A DNA stretch of 64,000 bases from Spirochaetaceae bacterium (lineage in GTDB: Bacteria > Spirochaetota > Spirochaetia > DSM-2461), in the NCBI GenBank assembly GCA_965224705.1, contig OZ245056.1:529736-593735 (forward strand). Direction: 5' to 3'. Position numbers and translations under genes: made by a program. Within the stretch, counting starts at the first letter, position 1. Each line of letters opens with the position of its first letter. Below the pieces are notes generated by a model. That model saw nothing but the letters and a program-made list of their open reading frames with translations. It was not told the DNA's origin and ran no database searches. This document shows positions 24,301-31,651 of this stretch, one piece after another.

Positions 24301-26143
24301 GGCGTCCCAGGGCGGCCAGGTATTCCTCGCCGTCTATGTAATTCCACACCCGTAATGCCCCCTCCTTCCCCAGTTTCTTCTCCAGGAGCTGCCGCATCTT
24401 TCCATCCGAAAGGAGCAGTATTTCCATGGCCCGGTAGTCCCCCTGTTCAGCATCGGAGCGATAAAGGCCTCGCAGGAAACCGGCCTGCTTGTAAATCGTT
24501 TCAAAGTGATGACTCCGGCAGGAAATTACCGTCTTTACCTTTGACTCATCCCGCGTTTTCTCGGACGGAAACACCTTCATCAGTTCGCCTAGAAAACGGT
24601 CCTGCCTGTCGTCGGTATAGTAGACTAGCTTTTCATCCAGGCCGTCAAATATGGGAAGAACCCGTCCCTGTCTGACATCTTCAATAACCTTTTTCGGCAC
24701 GGCCCGAACCTCATGCTTTCGCAGCACCATTGCAATCATTTCGTTTAGAAGGGGAAGGCGTTTCGTGACTATGCCGTCTTTTATCTCTTCAACAAAGGTC
24801 TGTACCTCGCGTAAATCCATGTACAGGGGAATCGGCAGGGAAGAATCGTTTTTGCGTGCTTCCACCAGATGCTGGGCAAAAATACGGCAATTGAAGGTTT
24901 TGCCCATGCCGTAGTCGCCCAGTATTGTGTAAACGGGTTCCTTGCCATCTTTTGCCCAGCTCAGCATGTCGGGAACCAGTTCCCTGGATGGCCTTGACTG
25001 CCTTTCCTCATTGCCATCCTCTCTGTGGCGTCGTTTTTGTTCTGCCAGAAAGACTTTTTCCGTTGGGCTTAACATCAAAGTGCGTTGTGCCTCGGAACTT
25101 ACAAATTTTTCGGGAGAGTAATCTGGGTTGTTCTTATCTTTGCATTTTTCTAATTCTTTGTTCCGGGTTTTTTCACGCTCTTCTCTCTGTACCATGACTT
25201 CCTGAATATTCTTAATCAAACCATCGACAAATCGTTCCTGGAAATTGTCGGATTCGCATTTTCCCCAAAAAGCATCGGGATCAAGTCCCTGCTGATAGTA
25301 CGTGTGGATCGTCACTATTTTTCTGGTATTTTTTTTCCAGCCGGGAATCTTTCCTTTGAACCCCCTTTTCATAAGAGCAAAAAATTCTGAAGGTGTTTTT
25401 ACGCGACCATCCCACTTGGAATCCAGTCCGGCCACAAGGAGCTTGTCGTTCTGAAGCAGATAAGGGAATTCCTCTTCTGCAATGAATCGGCTGTCGAGGA
25501 AGGCCTGGGATAGGCAGGCCAGGCCAAAATCGGCTTCAGCCATCTTCTCCCTAATCTGTACCGCAAAATCCCGGCCCGGCAGCAGATGAGGCATTCGCCA
25601 AATACGGATGGGCCTTTTGGTACCCTTGCTTCGCTCCTCCAGTATCCGAGTAAGATCCCTGACTAATCTGTTGTCCTCATAGGCATAGCTGAGAAACAAT
25701 TTCAAGTCATTCTTGCCCAGGGGTTTGTCGTCCACATTCGAAACGTCATTGAAAACGAATTGTTCGCTGTTATACTGCCGGTTGGCATCCAGTAAGTTGC
25801 CAATCGGTTCGGAAGGGGCCTCAATGCTTATGCATCCGGGATTGGAAGCGGTTTTCTGATGGGTGATTATCTTTAGGGATTCCAGCACATCCTTCAAACC
25901 TCTGTCTTCCTGATTACCGGCGGCCGTTTTAATGGCTTCTCTAACCCGCCTGAGAAAGTTCCGGAAACTGCCGCCGGGGTTCTTCGCGTTGGCATAGATT
26001 TCCTGCACAGCCCGTTCGGTTTCCACCTTTCCGTCTTCAAGCAGGCGGACCAGCTTGTTCAGATTTTTAGAATCGGTCTTTCCCAACTCGTTAAGGCTAA
26101 GGAATTCGTCTATCACTTTTTCTATGGAAGTCATAAAAACCAT
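21392..26143 (-). CDS. TIR-NACHT-WD40 STAND NTPase (bacterial NLR-like, putative defence sensor/effector)
   Basis: TIR-like block KLFLSYAYEDNRLVRDL...ACLSQAFLDSRFIAEEEF. NACHT Walker A ILGDYGMGKTF and Walker B LPIFDGLDE. Fourteen C-terminal WD40 units (GHSxxVxSVAFSPDGxxLASGSxDxTxRLW). Confidence 0.85.
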   Translation of the reverse strand: MVFMTSIEKVIDEFLSLNELGKTDSKNLNKLVRLLEDGKVETERAVQEIYANAKNPGGSFRNFLRRVREAIKTAAGNQEDRGLKDVLESLKIITHQKTASNPGCISIEAPSEPIGNLLDANRQYNSEQFVFNDVSNVDDKPLGKNDLKLFLSYAYEDNRLVRDLTRILEERSKGTKRPIRIWRMPHLLPGRDFAVQIREKMAEADFGLACLSQAFLDSRFIAEEEFPYLLQNDKLLVAGLDSKWDGRVKTPSEFFALMKRGFKGKIPGWKKNTRKIVTIHTYYQQGLDPDAFWGKCESDNFQERFVDGLIKNIQEVMVQREEREKTRNKELEKCKDKNNPDYSPEKFVSSEAQRTLMLSPTEKVFLAEQKRRHREDGNEERQSRPSRELVPDMLSWAKDGKEPVYTILGDYGMGKTFNCRIFAQHLVEARKNDSSLPIPLYMDLREVQTFVEEIKDGIVTKRLPLLNEMIAMVLRKHEVRAVPKKVIEDVRQGRVLPIFDGLDEKLVYYTDDRQDRFLGELMKVFPSEKTRDESKVKTVISCRSHHFETIYKQAGFLRGLYRSDAEQGDYRAMEILLLSDGKMRQLLEKKLGKEGALRVWNYIDGEEYLAALGRRPLLLSKLPDLLPSIQSIQSEGIPVNAAVFYEALIADVMDRDRKHVLKPRHKHRLLQDMALYFWKNSEQRMNIDNLNDWYQTWLRRDRNMFAQYETEGSEQLEKDLRNSTLLLRFGEDEFGFTHSSMQEYFLARKLLSQWIQDGYSLAKPVSRLTEKFIGEALVLLKDGERKKLHAQLAAYAARPEKSAHSPHQDALLLRIIRSAAEEGQPFEAFEKVHVFGADMSGEKLRGIGARKLVLTRCQMLLCRWQECRIDELELNETNINQSVWEECRVTRTEGKQDAQRLTCVNAKGPIPGLFAKRGSRIYPGRPMAPVSPLPYAKNHITWGHRGRIYSIAFSPDGRRLASGSDDKTLRLWSAQGECEAVLKGHSDRVRSVAFSPDGHRLASGSDDKTLRLWSAQGECEAVLKGHSDRVCNVAFSPDGRRLASGSFDGTLRLWSAEGECEVVLEGHSNWVWSVGFSPDGHRLASGSSDGTVRLWSAEGECEAVLEGHSDWVMSVAFSPDGRLLASGTSDGTVRLWSAEGECEGVLEGHRGGVSSVGFSPDGRLMVSGSDDASVRLWSAEGECEGVLEGHRGGVSSVGFSPDGRRLASGSDDGTVRLWSVEGECKAVLEGTSASVWSVGFSPDGRLASGSDDGTVRLWNSEGECKTVLEGHSARVLSVGFSPDGRLLASGSNDCTLRLWSAEGECKAVLEGHSNKVNSVAFSPDGRRLVSGSFDGTLRLWSVEGECEAVLEGHSVLVFSVAFSPDGRRLASGSSDKTLRLWSAEGDCLAVLEGHASSVLSVAFSPDGRRLASGSSDKTLRLWSAEGDCEAVLEGHASWVWSVAFSPDGRRLASGSADGTVRLWSARGECEGVLEGYADWVGSVAFSPDGRLLASGSDDGTQIIWALDRSLPSCIMSTNPDGQWWSLEIDENGRYTRLRGTELAWQRVWLRHKDGAASLDAVKGFQFVPSRHCLTGGTGNNGFS
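21630..23325 (-). repeat. 14 tandem 123-bp WD40-coding units with very high DNA identity
   Basis: Adjacent units are nearly identical at the DNA level, for example 23041-23163 vs 23164-23286, and 22561-22680 vs 22681-22800. One unit is 120 bp. Confidence 0.85.
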
Positions 26144-26443
26144 CCTCGTAAGTCTAATCTAACCAGGGAGACAAGAAAACGTCAAGGAAATTTTTACAAA
26201 TATTTCTAAATTTTTACATTTCTGCCCTTCGGATGGAGCGGTATCCAATGAGGTGGGATATGTATAGCCGATTTTCCTTCCGATTTATCAAATGAGCGGC
26301 GAATCAATCTCTCAAAACGACTGTTTTTCATTCTTGTTGGAATAGAATTAGATACGATTGTCCGACCCTATCTCCCCAATTTATGAAAGACGACACGCAT
26401 TTTGTGGCAAGATAAGAGGACAGCCTGATAGGGATAAGCTAAG

Positions 26444-26484
26444 CTGTCAAGTTAATTGTCCATTTTTCTTATGAAATCTTGATC
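26444..26484 (+). mobile_element. Solo IS30-family end remnant
   Basis: ctgtcaagttaattgtccatttttcttatgaaatcttgatc closely matches the left end of the IS30 copy at 11395-11437 (ctgtcaagttaactgtccacttttttcatgaaactcatgat). Confidence 0.5.
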
Positions 26485-26753
26485 TTTTTATTTCATCTAT
26501 GTAGCTTTAACCATGTTTAACCTAATGTAGCTGGATTTGTTTAAATTATGAATGATGAAGTATAACTGAAAATACGGACGAAAGTATTTGCTTTGGGCAT
26601 GGTCAGAATGTTTGCCTAATTATATACAACTATTGAATCACAGGTGAGTGAAATTGTATCATTGCATGATATGACCAAATTGCTGGATGAAACCAAGCAG
26701 CTTCCGGCAATTTTTACAAGAGTTTCCAAGCACCCAAAAAAGAGATTGAAACA

Positions 26754-27005
26754 ATGACAGATAAGAACACCAAAGACTCAAGCTTCATCCCTCAGACTTC
26801 ATCCTTTACTGATCGCTGGTTGTCTGTAGATGAAATTGGAGACTATCTCGGGATCAAGAGGGATACCGTTTATAAGTGGATAAACGAAAAAGATATGCCC
26901 GCTCATAAGATTGGCCGTCTTTGGAAATGCAAAAAAGACGCAGTTGATCAATGGGTGCGCAATGGCGGCGCTGATTCTTCAGATGAATCCGGCAAGGGAA
27001 AGTAA
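26754..27005 (+). CDS. Excisionase-family helix-turn-helix DNA-binding protein
   Basis: WLSVDEIGDYLGIKRDTVYKWINEKDMPAHKIGRLWKCKKDAVDQWV is the HTH_17/excisionase-type pattern. It is the first gene of the co-directional block. Confidence 0.7.
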   Translation: MTDKNTKDSSFIPQTSSFTDRWLSVDEIGDYLGIKRDTVYKWINEKDMPAHKIGRLWKCKKDAVDQWVRNGGADSSDESGKGK

Positions 27006-27038
27006 AGCGATATGATGGAAGGATAAACGGGCGACAAG

Positions 27039-30000
27039 ATGAAAATCCTGGACAATATAAATAACCTTTGGGGAAATGACCTGAAGGAGACTCTTAAGCC
27101 AGGTGCAAAACTGAAAATTGCAGCCTCATGCTTTTCTATCTATGCATTTGAAGCCCTTAAAAAAGAGCTCGAAAAAATTGATTCGCTTGAGTTTATCTTT
27201 ACGGCTCCGACGTTTGTTCCTAATGAAGTGACCGACAAGGTATCCAAAGAGCGTCGGGAATTTCATATTCCGAAGCAGCAGCGTGAGCGAAATCTCTATG
27301 GCAGCGAGTTTGAAATACAGCTTAAAAACAAACTGACGCAACGTGCCATTGCCAAAGAATGCGCTGGCTGGATTAGACGCAAAGCCTGCTTTCGATCAAA
27401 TTCCATAAAAGCACCGATGCAGCAATTTGCATGTTTAAATAAAGGCGATGCTGCTGCTGTATATATGCCGCTTCATGGCTTTACAGCAGTCGATCTTGGC
27501 TACCAGCAAGGTAATGCCGTCTCGAATTTTATAAGCAAATTTGACGATGCTCCTTCAACGCAGACATGGCTGAATCTTTTTAATCAGATATGGAAAGATT
27601 CTTCAAAACTAAAAGATGTGACAGATGCCATTTGCACACATATCGAATCCGTTTATCAGGAGAATCCTCCCGAAAAAATCTATTTTCTAATGCTCTATAA
27701 CATCTTCAACGAGTTCCTTGAGGACCTGAATGAAGATCTCCTTCCAAATGATTTGACTGGATACAAAAACAGTGTTGTCTGGAATAAGCTGTTTAACTTC
27801 CAAAAGGATGCAGTAACCGGGATTATAAATAAGCTTGAGAACTTTAACGGATGCATTCTTGCAGACAGTGTCGGGCTCGGTAAAACCTTTACTGCACTTG
27901 CAGTGATTAAATACTACGAACTACGCAATCGCTCAGTACTGGTTTTATCCCCGAAAAAACTTGCTGACAACTGGTTGAACTATAACCAAAACCTAAAAAC
28001 AAATATTCTGGTTAAAGACCGTTTGAATTATGAGGTTCTTTGCCACACGGATTTACAGCGCACAAGTGGGGAATCTTTTGGAACACCGCTGGACAGAATT
28101 AACTGGGGCAATTATGATCTCGTGGTCATTGATGAGTCACACAATTTCAGAAACAACGATGCTTACAAGGATAAGGAAACCCGATACCAAAAACTGATGA
28201 ATTCTGTCATTAGAGATGGGGTTAAAACAAAAGTCTTAATGCTTTCTGCAACACCGGTCAATAACAGATTCAATGACCTTAGAAACCAATTGGCATTGAC
28301 ATACGAGGGCGAGTCAGAAAAACTGAGTAGTAAATTAAGGACCGGAAAAAAAGTTGAAGAAATTTTCCGGCACGCACAGACTGTATTTAATTCATGGGCA
28401 AAGCTGCCAGCAGATAAACGCACAGCCAGAGCAATACTGGATGCTCTTGATTTTGATTTTTTTGAGCTGCTTGATAGCGTAACCATTGCCCGGTCCAGAA
28501 AACACATAGAAACTTTCTATGATACTGCGTATATCGGCAAGTTTCCTGTAAGACGCAAACCCATATCTTTCCGCTGCCCACTGACTTCCCGTAAGGACGT
28601 CATGAGTTTTAATGAAATTTATGAACATCTAATGGAAATAAAGCAATCTGTTTATATTCCTATGTTATATGTTTTTGAAAGTAGAAAATCAAAATATGAA
28701 AACCTTAACGAAGGTAAAAAATATGATAGTCAGTTTTTGCAAGCTCAAGCAAACGGTATAAAAAAACTCATGGCTACTAATCTACTCAAAAGATTAGAAA
28801 GCTCAGTAAATTCTTTCCGTATAACACTTAATACAATGAAAGAAAAAATTAAAGAAAAACTATCTGAAATTGATGAACTCAATAAGATTCAATTATCTTC
28901 TGTGATTAGTGACGATTGGGAAGATGAAGACACGGATGGTGTTTTGGAAACACAAGCAAATTCTAAAATCGAAATAGACCTTGCTGACATTGATTTAGAA
29001 TCATGGAAAAGAGACTTAGAAGAAGACCAGACTCTGGTTGAATTACTCCATGAGGAAATGGAAAAAATATCTCCTGAAGATGACACCAAGCTCCAACACC
29101 TTAAATCTCACATTAAAAACAAAATCAAACAACCCATAAACTCTGGAAATAAAAAGATCATTATCTTTACGGCTTTCGCAGATACTGCGAGCTACCTTTA
29201 CGACAACCTCTGTGATGAACTATTAAAAATTGGAATACACGCTGGAAAAATTACCGGAAAAGATATTCCTAAAACCACACTGAGCCAATTGAACAAAAAA
29301 CGGGGATATGGCTTTCAGTCTATCCTCACCCTTTTCTCCCCGATATCGAAAGAAAAAGCACTGACTCTTCCTGAAGAGCACAGTGAAATTGACTTACTTA
29401 TAGGTACGGACTGTATTTCTGAAGGGCAGAATCTACAGGATTGCGATTATCTAATCAACTACGACATTCACTGGAACCCTGTCCGTATTATTCAACGATT
29501 TGGGCGTATCGACCGTATCGGCTCCCCAAACGAATCCATCCAACTGGTTAACTACTGGCCTGATATTTCTCTGGATGAATACATCAATCTGAAAGAGCGG
29601 GTGGAGAACAGGATGGTCATTGACGATGTTACGGCCACCGGAGACGACAATGTACTTTCGGGCCAGTCCAATGATGTCAGCTATCGAAAAGAACAGCTCC
29701 GCCGTCTTCAGGATGAAGTGATCGATCTTGAAGACCTGAAAACTGGTGTAAACATAACTGACCTCGGACTCAATGACTTCCGCATGGACCTAATCAACTA
29801 TATCAAGAGCAACAGTGACTTAGATCATTTACCTAATGGACTCCACGCTATCGTCGCAGCCAATGAGAATATAGGGTTACAACCGGGAGTGATATTTACA
29901 CTCCGGAATAGAAATTCGGGCGTCAACATCAATCAGCATAACCGGCTGCATCCGTATTATCTCATCTACATCAACGACGATGGTCAGGTCATTACTGACC

Positions 30001-30293
30001 ACACACAGGTCAAACAACTTTTGGACTTGGTACGAACAAGCTGCAAGGGGAAGGAAGTGCCTTTTACTGATTTATGCTCTACCTTTAATCGTGAGACCAA
30101 CGACGGAAGAAATATGCTGAAATATTCAGAACTTCTCGGCCAGGCAATCCGAACGATGATTGAGATCAAAGAAGACAAGGATATCGACAGTCTGTTTTTA
30201 GGAACGAATACAACGGCATTGGTAGACACTATTCATGGACTGGATGATTTTGAACTGATTTCCTTCTTGGTCGTCAAGGAGGATACAACATGA
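27039..30293 (+). CDS. SNF2-family helicase with an extra ~250-aa N-terminal domain (PLD-like fold suspected, no HKD motif)
   Basis: Motif I LADSVGLGKTF, II VVIDESHNFRN, III MLSATPVNN, V/VI LIGTDCISEGQNLQ...WNPVRIIQRFGRIDRIGS. The N-terminus LKIAASCFSIYAFEALKKELEKIDSLEFIFTAPTF is typical of the helicase-related proteins found next to DUF4391. Confidence 0.85.
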   Translation: MKILDNINNLWGNDLKETLKPGAKLKIAASCFSIYAFEALKKELEKIDSLEFIFTAPTFVPNEVTDKVSKERREFHIPKQQRERNLYGSEFEIQLKNKLTQRAIAKECAGWIRRKACFRSNSIKAPMQQFACLNKGDAAAVYMPLHGFTAVDLGYQQGNAVSNFISKFDDAPSTQTWLNLFNQIWKDSSKLKDVTDAICTHIESVYQENPPEKIYFLMLYNIFNEFLEDLNEDLLPNDLTGYKNSVVWNKLFNFQKDAVTGIINKLENFNGCILADSVGLGKTFTALAVIKYYELRNRSVLVLSPKKLADNWLNYNQNLKTNILVKDRLNYEVLCHTDLQRTSGESFGTPLDRINWGNYDLVVIDESHNFRNNDAYKDKETRYQKLMNSVIRDGVKTKVLMLSATPVNNRFNDLRNQLALTYEGESEKLSSKLRTGKKVEEIFRHAQTVFNSWAKLPADKRTARAILDALDFDFFELLDSVTIARSRKHIETFYDTAYIGKFPVRRKPISFRCPLTSRKDVMSFNEIYEHLMEIKQSVYIPMLYVFESRKSKYENLNEGKKYDSQFLQAQANGIKKLMATNLLKRLESSVNSFRITLNTMKEKIKEKLSEIDELNKIQLSSVISDDWEDEDTDGVLETQANSKIEIDLADIDLESWKRDLEEDQTLVELLHEEMEKISPEDDTKLQHLKSHIKNKIKQPINSGNKKIIIFTAFADTASYLYDNLCDELLKIGIHAGKITGKDIPKTTLSQLNKKRGYGFQSILTLFSPISKEKALTLPEEHSEIDLLIGTDCISEGQNLQDCDYLINYDIHWNPVRIIQRFGRIDRIGSPNESIQLVNYWPDISLDEYINLKERVENRMVIDDVTATGDDNVLSGQSNDVSYRKEQLRRLQDEVIDLEDLKTGVNITDLGLNDFRMDLINYIKSNSDLDHLPNGLHAIVAANENIGLQPGVIFTLRNRNSGVNINQHNRLHPYYLIYINDDGQVITDHTQVKQLLDLVRTSCKGKEVPFTDLCSTFNRETNDGRNMLKYSELLGQAIRTMIEIKEDKDIDSLFLGTNTTALVDTIHGLDDFELISFLVVKEDTT

Positions 30294-30952
30294 GTTCGCT
30301 ATACAACTTCCCAAAGGCAGCTGCATTGGGAAGGATGCTTGCCAAAAGTAAAATCTACGATCACGCCGCGCCGAGCAGCAAGGTAAAGGAGCTGTTCGTC
30401 AAGGAGGTTGAAAAGATCATCTGGTCACACAAACTCTCTCCGACAACGATTAACCTTCCAGCCAGTGATGGCGTCCAGGAGATTCAGGTTTTCTCCATAC
30501 TATTAAGGACCGGGGAACTGTCGCAGGAAGTTCTGCACACAATAGACAAGGCAATACCTTCTCCCATTCTGTTTGAATTGAAATATGGCGGTAAAACCAA
30601 ATATGCCGCCAGTTACAAACGGCCCAGCGAGGTTGACAAAAAAAAGCGGGTGGTCAGCAGTTATTTCCTCTCCGACTGGATGAAGGAAGATGGTCCGGCA
30701 TCCGAACTTCCGGTGCTGCTCAATATGGGCGCTCTTTATCAGTCGTTTTTGACAAGTCTCAGTCCTCTTTCTTTCCGGCAAGGGGAGAAGCTGGGCGACT
30801 TGGCCGCAAGAGTTGACCTGCTGCGTATCAAAGAACGCGAAGCTGAAAAGGTGGAGAGCCGGATAAAGAGGGAGAAGCAGTTTAATCGACGAGTGGAACT
30901 GAACCGCACATTGAATGTGTTGAAGGCTGAGATAGAAGAAATGAGAAGATGA
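30290..30952 (+). CDS. DUF4391-like protein
   Basis: 220 aa. The start overlaps the SNF2 stop (ATGA). The N-terminal FPKAAALGRMLAKSKIYDH pattern, the size and the position next to an SNF2 gene match my recollection of DUF4391. This was not verified by search. Confidence 0.6.
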   Translation: MSSLYNFPKAAALGRMLAKSKIYDHAAPSSKVKELFVKEVEKIIWSHKLSPTTINLPASDGVQEIQVFSILLRTGELSQEVLHTIDKAIPSPILFELKYGGKTKYAASYKRPSEVDKKKRVVSSYFLSDWMKEDGPASELPVLLNMGALYQSFLTSLSPLSFRQGEKLGDLAARVDLLRIKEREAEKVESRIKREKQFNRRVELNRTLNVLKAEIEEMRR

Positions 30953-31204
30953 ACCGCGAAAAGCGCGAAATACGCGAAAAGGTTTTGTTTTTTGATGAAT
31001 GCTGTGTTATTCAGGGGGATGTTTTTTTTGTATAAAGAGATGGGGTGTGGCTTCCTGATAGAAGGATTGAGAAGATGAACCGCGAAAAGCGCGAAATACG
31101 CGAAAAGGTTTTGTTTTTTGATGAATGCTGTGTTATTCAGGGGGATGTCTTTGATGTGTATAAAGAGAGATGGGGTGTGGCTTCCTGATAGAAGGAATGA
31201 GAAG
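30949..31204 (+). repeat. Two decayed tandem copies (126 and 130 bp) of the 5' end of the GxxExxY gene
   Basis: ATGAACCGCGAAAAGCGCGAAA... recurs at 30949, 31075 and 31205. Copies 1 and 2 encode MNREKREIREKVLFFDECCVIQGD... and terminate after 28 and 37 codons. Confidence 0.85.
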
Positions 31205-31639
31205 ATGAACCGCGAAAAGCGCGAAACACACGGAAAGGTTTTGTTTCCTGAGGAATCCTATGCCATTCAGGGAGCTATCTTTGATGTGTATAAAGAGATG
31301 GGTTGTGGCTTCCTGGAGGCTGTCTATCAAGAATGTCTGGATAAGGAGTTGTCTAAACGAGACATTCCGTTTCAACCGCAAGTAGAGCTTCAGCTTAATT
31401 ATAAAGGTGAAAAGCTGAATCAGACCTATAAACCGGATTTTATCTGCTACGACAAAATCGTTGTTGAGATAAAAGCAGTAAAAGAACTGACATCTGAACA
31501 TAAGGCGCAACTCTTAAACTACCTCAAAGCCACCGGGCTTGAATTAGGACTGCTCGTCAACTTTGGCAGCCACCCAAAAATTGAAATTATACGAATTGCT
31601 AATACAAACTTTCGCGATTTTCGCGCATTTCGCGGTTAA
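31205..31639 (+). CDS. GxxExxY protein (PD-(D/E)XK-superfamily small protein common in R-M loci)
   Basis: MNREKRETHGKVLFPEESYAIQGAIFDVYKEMGCGFLEAVYQECL contains the signature GFLEAVY. I start at 31205 rather than the tracked 31118, which runs through a decayed repeat copy. Confidence 0.8.
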   Translation: MNREKRETHGKVLFPEESYAIQGAIFDVYKEMGCGFLEAVYQECLDKELSKRDIPFQPQVELQLNYKGEKLNQTYKPDFICYDKIVVEIKAVKELTSEHKAQLLNYLKATGLELGLLVNFGSHPKIEIIRIANTNFRDFRAFRG

Positions 31640-31651
31640 GGAGACACAAAA

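Noticed and set aside
26644-26757. 37-codon upstream ORF (VSEIVSLHDMTKLLDETKQLPAIFTRVSKHPKKRLKQ) whose TGA overlaps the ATG of the HTH gene
   Set aside because: It starts with GTG, has no clear RBS or recognisable motif, and is too short to judge. It may be a coupling artefact. I have not annotated it.
27039-27800. Active PLD/HKD nuclease domain at the SNF2 N-terminus (which would mimic DISARM DrmC)
   Set aside because: There is no HxK(x)4D motif in the first ~250 residues; the nearest candidate reads LHGFTAVD. If the fold is PLD-like it is probably non-catalytic. The fold assignment itself is only a recollection.
31118-31204. Longer N-terminal extension of the GxxExxY protein (tracked ORF start at 31118)
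   Set aside because: The extension reads through a decayed tandem copy of the gene's own 5' end in a different frame. The family-typical N-terminus begins at the ATG at 31205.
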